Shown here one piece after another: positions 23,660 to 34,334 of a DNA stretch of 64,000 bases (within the stretch, counting starts at the first letter, position 1; each line of letters begins with the position of its first letter). The DNA is from Flectonema sp. DT1601 (Eukaryota): assembly GCA_964019425.1 (NCBI GenBank), contig OZ025783.1:1054001-1118000 (forward strand), given 5' to 3'. The position numbers and the translations under genes are program-made. The notes beneath the pieces were generated by a model. The model saw nothing but the letters and a program-made list of their open reading frames with translations, ran no database searches and was not told the origin of the DNA.

Positions 23660-24418
23660 TCACGACGTTACTTGTGAGCGAGTGACCGTTGAAGCTTTAT
23701 GTCTTCCGAAAACAGGGAGTTTAATGTATTCCATCAAAGGATTGTTAGGCAACCTCCACATATCCATAAACCAAATTATATTCATACCATAAAGAACTCC
23801 AACTGAACCAACGCATAAGAATTCTAATAAAGTTTTATCAACTGGTCCGCTAACTAGAACAGATGTCAGCATCGCCGCAGCTAAACAAACTCTGATAAGA
23901 AACCAACTTGTTATACTTGCGAAAATGAAATGAGGTTCCAATGGTGATTTAGTTCTGTATGCTATTTTCCAACATAAAATTAAAAGTTCCGAAACGTCAA
24001 GTACCGGGATGAAAACTGCCATCCTAGACATTCGTAACCTGACAGAAGTGTTAGAACCAGCTGAGTAAACTAAGAAAACAGACATAAAATGATGTGTCAT
24101 CATCATCACGTAGTCGAGTCTGTCATATTCAAACACACTTTCAATTGTTAAATGAGTATACCACGCAACGTGATAACACATAAAATAATTCAACCCGTTC
24201 ATTTCCAACCCTTCGTTCTCATTTTTCCACATATCAAATAAAACCCAATCTCTATTGAGCAATATCATCGCACCCCATATCGCCATTACTGATAACCCGA
24301 ATAACCTCCATATATTTCTAACTGTTTTTCTATGCATTGTGTCCCCAATATACTTTCTCAGTGATGCTCTACCGATTAAAAGCGATACCACCATCGCTGA
24401 TATGATTTTGATATCCAT
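23660..24418 (-). CDS. TLC-domain membrane protein (Lag1/ceramide synthase-like)
   Basis: Several hydrophobic segments; RLDYVMMMTHHF resembles the Lag1 motif; LDVSE and WFLIR. Confidence 0.8.
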   Translation of the reverse strand: MDIKIISAMVVSLLIGRASLRKYIGDTMHRKTVRNIWRLFGLSVMAIWGAMILLNRDWVLFDMWKNENEGLEMNGLNYFMCYHVAWYTHLTIESVFEYDRLDYVMMMTHHFMSVFLVYSAGSNTSVRLRMSRMAVFIPVLDVSELLILCWKIAYRTKSPLEPHFIFASITSWFLIRVCLAAAMLTSVLVSGPVDKTLLEFLCVGSVGVLYGMNIIWFMDMWRLPNNPLMEYIKLPVFGRHKASTVTRSQVTS

Positions 24419-24758
24419 TTTGATATGATGTGATAGGGGAATCTGTTTGATAAATAATTACATTACAGAGTGCTTTACTTACTTTCATAAGAATAAAATA
24501 ATAGAAGGAGATTTCGAGAAAGAGAAAAGCTGAAAATTTTCAAATGCCCTTCTTTTTTAACTAGTTTCTCAATAATCATAATAAACAGACGGCACAACAC
24601 AATCACAAAAAGGGTAAATACGAAGGGTAGCTAAAAAAAAAGAAAAGAACCAAAAAGAAGTTACACACACAGATATAATGTAGGCTTCACCGAGCTATCA
24701 AATTACTCAGTCAGCACATAACCATAAAGGACGGTAATAATCGAAAGAAAGAAAGAAA

Positions 24759-25256
24759 CTAAAAAAAGTGTGTTCTGACCTCTTCTGCCCATTGTTGTAA
24801 AAATTGTACAGTTTCGGTGTTGCTTTTTCTTATTGCGTGACTGAGAGCTGTCCTACCTGAATAGTCTTCTATCATAAAATTAACATCCCATTCCTTCAAA
24901 ATATTTAAGGTACGAACATCATTATGAAGTGCTGCTCTGTGGAGAGGTGTTTTGCCTGTTGAGTCTCTGTGCTCTGGACCAACGTTGTACTCGCGTAGGA
25001 CTTGCATAGTTTCTACTTCACCATTCCATGCAGCGCAATAAAAAACATTTCTCTCGAAATTATCCACCGCGGATAGGTCAGAACCCAATTCAATTAAAAC
25101 CTTTACTTCTTCTGTCATCCCACACCAGGCAGCTTTTAGAAGTAATGTCCAGCCATTTACTTGGAGACGCTCTTCGAGATCAGCACCGTATCGATGTAGT
25201 ATTCGCATTGCTTCATGTTGGCCATTCATCATCGCTGCGTGCATTGCAGTTGTCAT
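24759..25256 (-). CDS. Ankyrin-repeat protein
   Basis: GWTLLLKAA, GKTPLHRAA and GRTALSHA repeats. Confidence 0.9.
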   Translation of the reverse strand: MTTAMHAAMMNGQHEAMRILHRYGADLEERLQVNGWTLLLKAAWCGMTEEVKVLIELGSDLSAVDNFERNVFYCAAWNGEVETMQVLREYNVGPEHRDSTGKTPLHRAALHNDVRTLNILKEWDVNFMIEDYSGRTALSHAIRKSNTETVQFLQQWAEEVRTHFF

Positions 25257-25705
25257 GGTGCTGATGATGACCTGTTATGTATAAATAGAAAAATATAAAT
25301 CAGAATTGTTGCTGTCAAGAGAATAAGAAGCTTTCCGCGAACGCAAAACAAGGTTCCCCGTGGTGGAGGAGAACTAGCTGCTCATGTTTGCATTCTTTAA
25401 AAGCAAAAACATCGAACGGTGTGTTCCATTTGTTTTTTCAAGTTTTTGTAATCGTTTTGTTTTTGTCTCGTTTTTTCCGATGTGTTTCTTTTGTCTTTTC
25501 GAATGTTAGAACGTTTGACCAGTCGTATGCATTCACAACTGAGAAACGGAAGGGAAGGAGGTGCAATAAACGCGTCAGTAACAAACGCGAAGCAGTCACG
25601 AATATTGACCCTCAATGGGAAAGAAAGATATACCTCACAGGTATCGTGTAGAACATTAATCTCTACAATACCTGACTAATAAAACATAAAATACGGTGAG
25701 ATAAT

Positions 25706-26683
25706 TTACAACTTAGCATCATCCTTACCTTGGAATGGAATAATTAAATCTTGTGATATGTTTTCATATAATTTAGTAACGCTGTGCCTAGTGATTGTAA
25801 GTCTGTGAAGACCTCCTGGATGAGGATAGTGAGAATGCAATGCATCACCAGGATACGCCATAACCATTTTAGTAATTTGGTCTTTTCCATGTTCAAAATC
25901 ACTTGGAACTAACATGCAAGGTTTAATTGGATGATTCCTTATGAAAGCTCTATCTGGAGAGTCAGCATAAGAATCAAGAGTACTGATTAAAGGCTTTTCA
26001 AGTAACTCTTCCATAATACAATACTGTGGTGGAGGTAACCATATACGTCCATCGGAGTAAGCCATGAGAGCTTCTTTAGGACTGACCCATACAAGTGAAA
26101 CAGTCTCTTTTCCATCACACTGCATAGAAGTTGCGTCGGTTAGACTTGTTGTGGTTAAGTAGAATGTGGTGTCAAAGCCACCCTTTTTGGTACGGGCTGC
26201 CTCACCGTCAGGTGTCTGAAATGAACACCAGTAGTGCATCTTACTGATAGCAGGATCAGTGTTGTGATGATTAATAAACTTTTCATATTCATTAGAGTCC
26301 GCCTGAACCTTTTCTTGCCATTCTCTACTTCCACTCTCTCCATTTTCAAGAAGGGCAGCTCCTGATTCTTCGAATGCTTCTCTTAGGCAGCAAAGTACAT
26401 CTGGTTTTGTTCCGTATTTGACAGCAAGTCTCTGATCAACTTCCTCAAATGATCCTCCAGGGAATACCATGGCATTCTTCATGAATGAACTTTTACTCGA
26501 TCTCTTCAACATACAAATTCGGTAATCGGAATTGTCATTCACCTCCAGTCCTTTACATAATTCCGTTGGCGATGGAGTCTTCGATTTGGGAGCTGCTATA
26601 ATTACACTCGAAGACTTTCTCCATGGCTTGGATGGAACTGGTCCCTTAAAAAGTTTCATATTTCTCATTAAGTTTAACGACAT
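25706..26683 (-). CDS. NUDT19: NUDT19-like Nudix hydrolase (acyl-CoA diphosphatase) with PTS1
   Basis: KRSSKSSFMKNAMVFPGG, LREAFEESG, FDTTFY, WVSPKEAL, LPPPQ; C-terminal AKL. Confidence 0.85.
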   Translation of the reverse strand: MSLNLMRNMKLFKGPVPSKPWRKSSSVIIAAPKSKTPSPTELCKGLEVNDNSDYRICMLKRSSKSSFMKNAMVFPGGSFEEVDQRLAVKYGTKPDVLCCLREAFEESGAALLENGESGSREWQEKVQADSNEYEKFINHHNTDPAISKMHYWCSFQTPDGEAARTKKGGFDTTFYLTTTSLTDATSMQCDGKETVSLVWVSPKEALMAYSDGRIWLPPPQYCIMEELLEKPLISTLDSYADSPDRAFIRNHPIKPCMLVPSDFEHGKDQITKMVMAYPGDALHSHYPHPGGLHRLTITRHSVTKLYENISQDLIIPFQGKDDAKL

Positions 26684-26871
26684 TCGTTAAAATAATCTCT
26701 GTTAGAAGAAAAACTTATCATAACAAAGCAAGCAGTGAAGAAGGTTTAATAAATAACAAACTCAAAGCAACGGGATAGGACTGCCGAATATGTCAAATAA
26801 TGTTCCCTCGCTGACACTTCGTTAAAGTGTCAGCAACAAACTTGCGATCGGAGAAGGAAATAAATAATAAA

Positions 26872-26994
26872 TTTGTAACTTCTAGTGAACAGCGAAAAGA
26901 AATTATCACTTCTAGTGAACAGCGAAAAAAAAAGTTACTGCTTTTAGTGAATAGCGAAAATGACATTATCAGACACCCCAATAGCGAAAATCTC
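26872..26994. mobile_element. Solo right end of the MITE family seen at 15776-16280
   Basis: Near-identical to 16130-16280, ending CCCCAATAGCGAAAATCTC. Flanked on both sides by AATAATAAA. Confidence 0.85.
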
Positions 26995-27029
26995 AATAAT
27001 AAATAATAAATAGGAATAATAAATATCAT

Positions 27030-28608
27030 TCACGAATTTGTGTAAGTCGCATTCTTCTTTAAGTACCTGTGAGGTCTGCATCCGTTCCTGTCGGGGATCG
27101 ATGGATCAGCACCGAGTTTTAGAAGTTCCTCAATTAATTGAAGGTTTCCATTCCTAGCAGCCAACAAGAGTGGAGTAGCACCAGACTTGTCAGGATGGTC
27201 AAGTAACGAAGGATAATTATGCAATAAATATTTAAATAATTTCATCTTCCCTGACTTCGATTTGCAAGTCAAGCTAAACGTTCTCTGAAAGAACGACATC
27301 TCAGGAGCGGCGACTCCAAACTTCAATAGTAACTCATAACTACTAATGTTACCGGCAGTAATTGTATTCATAGCGGCTGTATAACCAGAGTTGTCAGCCT
27401 TGTTTGCAAAAGAAGGGGAACAGTTGCGGAGTAAAAGCGATAATACATTCTCATCGACAACACTCCCGTTGCATGCAACATTAAGACAGGTTGCGCCATC
27501 AGGATTTGTGATTTCTTCATTTAGTCCTGCGCTGTCTATTAATAACTTTGACATTTCGAAGATGCATTTACCAGATCTGATCGCATGGTACAGAGCATCA
27601 ACACCATCTGAGTCTCTGCTCCTCAGGTCTGCTCCCTTACTTATAAGCTTCTTCAACGCACAAATGTTACCCATGCAAGCAGCATGCATAACTGGGGTCA
27701 TCTTCTTGCCATCTTCAATATCAATATTTTGTATATTTTCAAAAGCAATTTCACAAAGTTCTTCATCAGCGTATCTGGCTGAATAGAATATTCCAGGTAT
27801 CCCTGCGCCCCTCACTGTTTTTGAGTTTAATTTTTTAGTTGCTCTGTTGTATAGAATAAACCTACTTGTTGACAAAGAATAGAATATTTATTAAGAACCA
27901 ACACATACCTGAAACTGTAGGACTCTTGAAATCTAAGTATCTTACTGGGAATGATTTAATAAACTGCTGTGCAATAGGTAGGTAATGAGAGACTGGTAGC
28001 TTCCAGCCGTACTGAAAGAGGAGGCTGATGAGATCTGCATCAGACTCTGAAAGGTTTTGAATACAACCAAAAGGCACGTCATATTTCAGTAGCATTTCAA
28101 TTACTTTAATATCACAACGAATGGGGATGGCAAGTGCGACGGTAATTCTCCTGACATCAGCAGGTATGTGTTTCAGTAGGGTTTCTAATATTAATATATT
28201 TAGGTTCCTCCGACCACGCACCAATCCCGTAATTAATAATCTCTGATCAGTCACCACACCCGATAATAAGAAGTCAGTCACTAAAGTAACGTCACTCGTA
28301 TCCGCAAGAATGCTATTAAAGTGTGTTTCAGTCACAAGGTTCTCATCACCGAGTGCTATCTTCAATCTATGTAGAGCACCAGCTTGTCTTGTTAGTTCAA
28401 CGTCTACGAAACAGTCGGGTACGATTCCTTGTTCTATTAGCTGGATGTTATCATTTAATATGTTTCCTTCAAATATTAAATTGAAGCTTTTTGGATCCGT
28501 TGCTGTCATTTCTGATAACAACAATTTCAAGTCATAGTTAGTAGTGGTGGTGGATACTTCAACAAGGTGATCTTCGATGTTAAAAAAGTTTATATTTACG
28601 GTAAACAT
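27030..28608 (-). CDS. Ubiquitin-like + ankyrin-repeat protein (2 exons: 28608-27909, 27814-27030)
   Basis: UBL-like N-terminus (NLIFEGNILNDN...GIVPDCFV). A GTATGT donor at 27908 and AAAACAG acceptor at 27815 join the two listed ORFs in frame. Ankyrin motifs MTPVMHAA, GATPLLLAA. Confidence 0.75.
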
Positions 28609-29527
28609 TTTTATTGGAAAATCTAATCTTAAAGTAAGCTTAAAATCACATCTACCGATCGGGTTTTGGGGCTCATCTTCGCTAATCAGCACATAGGACT
28701 GTATAAATAAATTAACATTATCAATGTTTTGTTTTTTTTTTTTCAAAAAAAAAAAAAAAATAGAAAGCAATAAGTTACTGTAAGAAACGAAAAGGTCCAA
28801 AAGGAGGAGCAAAAAAATAAAAAGAATGGGAGGAAGAAAAATACATGCGAGACCGAATCGCCGAGCAACATGGAAATGTCTTCGGCAAAAACGTTTCTCT
28901 TCTATTTATCCATTCAGGAATGCATCGTGGATGCTTTTGTCGGAAGGAAAACGCTAGTGCTGAACACGTTAATTGAATTGCACATTTGCGTGAACCGATA
29001 CTTGAGTTCCATTTGAGATAATTCAAACTTAATGTGTACGCCTGCGTAGTGTAGTGTTTCATTTTCTTTCTTTTTTTTCCAAATGCAATATTTGTTAGTC
29101 GCAAAAACCAGTAAAAAGCCTTTCAGATTAACCTTACATATTCAGTTGAGCAGACAGAATCCCGCGTAAAGGGAAACATCACAACCATAAGAAATGTCGG
29201 TTTTCAATCTGAATAGTTTCTTCTCCGGCTACGTTGATACAAAAATATAAAAAAAAAGAAGAAAAAATAGGATAGAATAAGAAAGCGCACTACCACAACT
29301 ATTGCTTTTTGAGGTAAGGCTTCTGAGCCAATGCTTATTGAGCCGTACTGAACGGACTTTATGCGTCAACTACACTCGTTAGGAATCCCTCACAAAGAGT
29401 GTTTTGGTAAAAAAAATTAATTGGATATCGGTGCCAATATTTGCAATACTGGTTGCAATAAATAAATACAAAAAAGAGAATTAAAAAAAAAAAAAAAAAG
29501 TAAGTTGTGTTTACACATATTAAACGG

Positions 29528-30043
29528 CTACACGCCTTCAGAGTCAAACTCCGCTGCCATCTCCGCTGCGGCCAATTGGCCTTCAACTTGACGAATTTTC
29601 TGTTGTCTTAATTCAATTTGCTGCAGACATTGCTGTTTTACAAGTTCCTCAGCAGCAATCAGATCTTGTTGACGTTGACGAAGAACGTTACCAAGAGGAT
29701 CAATAACATGACTGAGCTCTTCATCAATTAACGCATCGACGTCAAGTTCTGTTAGATCTCGTGGAGAAGGTGTGAACTTTAAGGGTTCATTACCCTCAAC
29801 GCTTTTCAGATTCATGACAGCTGATACTGGAATATGATCGAGTGGTTGTGGTTCCCAATCACATTCATCTTCTTCTTGAAATGCAAGTGTCGGTACCTCT
29901 TTGTCTTCATTATATTCAACTTCTGTAACATAAGTCTGAGGTAGTTGCACACCAACAATCACAACTTCAGATTCTCTTTCAATGTCTTCACTGGCTGCAT
30001 CAGAGGAAGACGAAGTCGACTCATCTTCAACACCTTCCATCAC
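29528..30043 (-). CDS. Hypothetical acidic protein with C-terminal coiled coil
   Basis: 171-aa ATG ORF on the cluster strand with coding-like composition. Confidence 0.7.
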   Translation of the reverse strand: MMEGVEDESTSSSSDAASEDIERESEVVIVGVQLPQTYVTEVEYNEDKEVPTLAFQEEDECDWEPQPLDHIPVSAVMNLKSVEGNEPLKFTPSPRDLTELDVDALIDEELSHVIDPLGNVLRQRQQDLIAAEELVKQQCLQQIELRQQKIRQVEGQLAAAEMAAEFDSEGV

Positions 30044-30311
30044 AATTATGATGTATCCCCTGCTGTGTGGAATATTAATTTGTGGAAAGGGAGATAATCA
30101 AAACATCTGATCGACGAAGGGACGTCACAATATTATTACCAAACTGTGATATCAATAAGAATAAGAAAAGTGTAAACTAAGGTTTTCAGTACGAAGTGGT
30201 GTAAATTAAAAGGTACCGCCAATGTGCGAAGAACAATGACGAATAAATATAAGTAGAAATATACATCACGTCGGGCTGTAGAAACAACCGACTTCGTCGT
30301 GTGAACAGAAA

Positions 30312-33300
30312 CTATTCATCAGGAGCATCGTTAACTATTACTCTGTCTTCCTCTAGCTCTAAGTTAGTTAGTACGTCTTGAAGGTTTCTAATTACATTTA
30401 TAGTTCCATCATCTGCTGAGGGTCTACTTTCAAGAAGTCTCTCAGTCATCTTGTTATATAATTTATTTAATGAAATCAGCTCAACATATTCATCATCAGT
30501 AACACCCTTCCAGTCTATTGGAGGTGAGTGTTCCGATTGTTCAGATGGTTCAGGTGTCGGGTCTGGTGTTGGTTCTGGTGTTGGAATAGCACAGAGAGTG
30601 AGGATATCAGAAACGAAATCAACAACTACACGTGATATCTCTATTTGTTTTTTATTGTTAAAGACTTCTTCAATCATTGGATATAATTCTGTATCCCTGA
30701 AAGCCATAGCATCCTTTCTAGCTAATAAACATCCAATCTCAAGGACACTACAGAAGGCGATATCTTTATGTGGAAAACTACTTTCTTGAGTAGAAACTCG
30801 TCTTAGAATTAATGAAATCGAACGCAAACATGCAGACAGTTCATTCATCGAAATAAAATCTGCTAATCTGGCAATGCAACGACACCAAAGTGAGAATTGA
30901 TAATAATTAGTAGACGGGAACATTGATGATTTTATACTTTCAGGCCAGCTATTCTCTAAAACACCAGAATTCACAACCGATCGATACCAACTCTTATCAA
31001 TATCAGTTCGTAAAGCAGCTACTAGTAAGGCTGATTCCACAGTTGATTTATATTTTGGAAGCAACGCAAGCTCAAATATGTTTGTTGAATAAAGCGTTTC
31101 TCTCTGAAGTTCACTTGCTTCAGCATGCGCAGCAGCAATTCCGAATAACGAGCAGTGTACTTCTTCAAAATGTGATGAGTTGGCTATTAAAGGTCCGATG
31201 ATGCCCTTTCTCCACAAATGAGATTCACATTCTTGATTGTGATTACACATAATGTTAAGCAACATTGACCACGTATGGTTAGTCGTGTTTAGTTCAGTAA
31301 CATGAAGGACTGCTGACAAAAATAATTTTCCAGAATTAAAGATCTTCGCGAAGTCAATTAATTCCAACATATAATCACCATGAAGCCCTTGTATATGTTG
31401 AGATGAGTTGTGATATGGGTTTGAAAATATTTCACAGAAGAGTTCGGCTGATTCAACAGTTGCGCAATTAAGACATATTTTTAATAGGGAAGATGATTGA
31501 AAGATGTTATGCTGATGATGTTTTGACAGACATTTGAGACAAAGAGATATTAAATAGTGTTCGTTAATGTCGTCATCAACAGCAATAATAACTTTTAAAA
31601 GCGTGTCTTGAACTGCCTGTGAAACAAACGAATCAGAATCAACCTCAAGCTGATAAGACAGTTGTTTTACTAAAGCAGGTGTTGGTTTTAATCTCAAATC
31701 CGATAAGATGTCATCAACAGGTCTGATTAGGTATTCCTTGATCGTAGAAATGTCTTTACTGTTTTCTATTTTCCATTCTGTTGAAAATATAATATCACTG
31801 ACCGAAGGACATCGCAGTTCTTTCCTGACAGCATTGGTACCGTATCTCATTAAGTTCGTGACTATGTGAATAAATTGAATATTCGTGTGATAACTGTGAT
31901 TATTATAACACCAATTAGTGATGATGAATTCAGCACCTCCACATCTCCAAATTTCCTCAGCAGCTTGTGATGAAATGGTTTCATCAAATGTTGTTGTTGA
32001 AGTTGTGTGAAGTTTTATAAGCAGATCATGAATAAGTTGTATCGCTGATCTGACTGCAGTTCCAACAGGTAATAGAGATCCGAATAGGTCAAAAACTACA
32101 CTGCAACCTCCCATTTCACAAAATTGAATTTCCCAATTTATTATTCCTGTTATTCTAACTGACAGTTGAGGAAGATCATTTTCAATGTCTTCCGACTGTT
32201 CTATCGAAAAAAGTAATTCCTCGACTGTAGACTTGTCTGAGAGCAGTGGAGAAAGTTCGTGCAACAGCGATGAAAGTTGAGCTATCTCTGTAAAGATGTT
32301 GTGTGATGATATTAATGTATTTATCACTGATGGTTGTAAAAGGTAATCAGCTGTAGCCTCACTGTGTTTAGAACAGAATAACACAGTTGATGATATATTT
32401 GTAATAAATTCTGACTTACATTCCATCGTAGACGCACAGCTGTCACTGAACTCGATTGAATTTGCAAGCGACGGGTTTAAAAAAGCTACACAGTCGGAAA
32501 CAAAACGAGCAATAAATAACCTACTAGAGAGTTGTTGTTGACAAGCAGAGCTGCAATTTTCACACATTAATGCGACAACACCTGACAGACATGGTCGTAA
32601 TGCTGCATGTTGAGTAAATAATTTCCTCAAAACATCCAAACAAGACACCCCCTCATTTATATCGTTATCCTTAATGAGTGAGGTAATGCAATCAGAATCC
32701 ATCCCTGACTTCAAGTCTTGTAATATTGCTATCAATCGTGTGGTACTGTCCGCTAGAGTTAGTTTCTTTATAAGACTTGATAGGTTACCTCCGAGAGACT
32801 TGTGGTGGGATAGTGGATTGAATATTTTATTCACCGAGAATCGTGAATATTTAACTTCCAACGCAATCTGATAGAATGATAAGTTTTCACACCAAAGTGA
32901 ATGAAGAGAACTTGATGACTCACAAGCCTTTGCAGCAACTCTTGTGATGAGATTCGCAAGGTCTGGTGTACTACAGCTGCACATCCGTGATGTGAGTTGC
33001 TTTGTTAAGTCTACTTTAAGTAAAAGTGCATTTGCAAGTTCAGAAGCCGGAACAATATCCGGGTTGGAAATATCCTTCAGATCACACGGATGTTTCTTCA
33101 TAACGAATATTGATAATAATAAATTAAATTTGTAGTCTTCCTTCACAACTAGAAGTGTGTCAGCCACTGCAATCACTAATCTCCATAATTCTGGAGAAGT
33201 ACAATTTGGATGACAACTCTGAACAGCTGCTGTGAATGATGTGATTTCCTTTAGAGAATACGTCTTCTGACGTGAGATGAAATTTAATTCATCACAAAGC

Positions 33301-33707
33301 TCAGTACATGTCAGCTGTCTAACCCTCGGTGACGACGGAGGTATTTGTAATTCCAACACACTATGAAGACCCATCTCTAACATTGAATTACAAAACTTCA
33401 GACAGCATACCTCACCTATCATACAAAGCCTCTTCATTATTACTTTTTCAGTTTCTTCGTACGTACAATCACTGCACTGAGATGCGATGACATTTAATGC
33501 CCCACAGTCCAGCAGTTCTTCAAAAAGTTTTTGTCTTACTGCAGGTGTGCTTCTGTATATTTTTCTTTGAATTATTCTCCACGCCGTATTATTTGTTTCT
33601 TCATGTTTGGTGCACTCAATCAGATTTTCGACAGAAAGCTGATCTTCTGTTTCTAATGAGATATGTTTCTCTAAGTCTTCTGGTTGATATATTAGTGTGT
33701 GTGACAT
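30312..33707 (-). CDS. Hypothetical helical-repeat (ARM-like) protein, 1131 aa
   Basis: Long Leu/Cys/Ser-rich ORF with ARM-like segments (FCEMGGCSVVFDL, IWRCGGAEFI). Confidence 0.8.
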   Translation of the reverse strand: MSHTLIYQPEDLEKHISLETEDQLSVENLIECTKHEETNNTAWRIIQRKIYRSTPAVRQKLFEELLDCGALNVIASQCSDCTYEETEKVIMKRLCMIGEVCCLKFCNSMLEMGLHSVLELQIPPSSPRVRQLTCTELCDELNFISRQKTYSLKEITSFTAAVQSCHPNCTSPELWRLVIAVADTLLVVKEDYKFNLLLSIFVMKKHPCDLKDISNPDIVPASELANALLLKVDLTKQLTSRMCSCSTPDLANLITRVAAKACESSSSLHSLWCENLSFYQIALEVKYSRFSVNKIFNPLSHHKSLGGNLSSLIKKLTLADSTTRLIAILQDLKSGMDSDCITSLIKDNDINEGVSCLDVLRKLFTQHAALRPCLSGVVALMCENCSSACQQQLSSRLFIARFVSDCVAFLNPSLANSIEFSDSCASTMECKSEFITNISSTVLFCSKHSEATADYLLQPSVINTLISSHNIFTEIAQLSSLLHELSPLLSDKSTVEELLFSIEQSEDIENDLPQLSVRITGIINWEIQFCEMGGCSVVFDLFGSLLPVGTAVRSAIQLIHDLLIKLHTTSTTTFDETISSQAAEEIWRCGGAEFIITNWCYNNHSYHTNIQFIHIVTNLMRYGTNAVRKELRCPSVSDIIFSTEWKIENSKDISTIKEYLIRPVDDILSDLRLKPTPALVKQLSYQLEVDSDSFVSQAVQDTLLKVIIAVDDDINEHYLISLCLKCLSKHHQHNIFQSSSLLKICLNCATVESAELFCEIFSNPYHNSSQHIQGLHGDYMLELIDFAKIFNSGKLFLSAVLHVTELNTTNHTWSMLLNIMCNHNQECESHLWRKGIIGPLIANSSHFEEVHCSLFGIAAAHAEASELQRETLYSTNIFELALLPKYKSTVESALLVAALRTDIDKSWYRSVVNSGVLENSWPESIKSSMFPSTNYYQFSLWCRCIARLADFISMNELSACLRSISLILRRVSTQESSFPHKDIAFCSVLEIGCLLARKDAMAFRDTELYPMIEEVFNNKKQIEISRVVVDFVSDILTLCAIPTPEPTPDPTPEPSEQSEHSPPIDWKGVTDDEYVELISLNKLYNKMTERLLESRPSADDGTINVIRNLQDVLTNLELEEDRVIVNDAPDE

Positions 33708-34334
33708 GTTGCTGGTATCAACTGAGAGTAATGTAAAAGAAGTAATGCTCTGTTGAGATTATTAAAATAGATTGCGATAACTCTTTATCTCTTCATGTTG
33801 ATTACTATCAATGTATCTGGTGATGTTCTTGTGAAGGATAATTATTGGGAGGGACATGAGTTGTCATAATTTCGCTCTGGGCAAAAAAAATCTGTCAATT
33901 GTCAGCCCTCTTCCAAAACGGTTGTGCAAATTACTGCAAGTGTCAGTGGTTTACTGTATCAGAATAAAATACTAAACGAGTCTTTGAAAATCTCGTAAAA
34001 AAAAAAATGTTTTTATTGCTACTTATCGTTAGGAGAAAAAAAAGGGATCAAATTTTTCAAAGAAACATAAAAAACTAAAATAATTTTCACACACAAAATC
34101 TGCCGTTGCCAGTAATGCAGGGACAGTAGTCAAGTTGTGTTAATGCGACGTTAAGGAATTAACAATTTGGTTGTTTTTTTGTTTTTTTTTTTTTCAAACT
34201 GGTATTTACCTCCGTGCATAATTATCGAGAAGAATAATTAAAAATACTTCTGTTTGATATTTAGTTGAAGCAGATTAAACCGTATACAAGACTAGTCTAT
34301 GAACAAATTTAATTAAAATAAATTATAAAAAATA

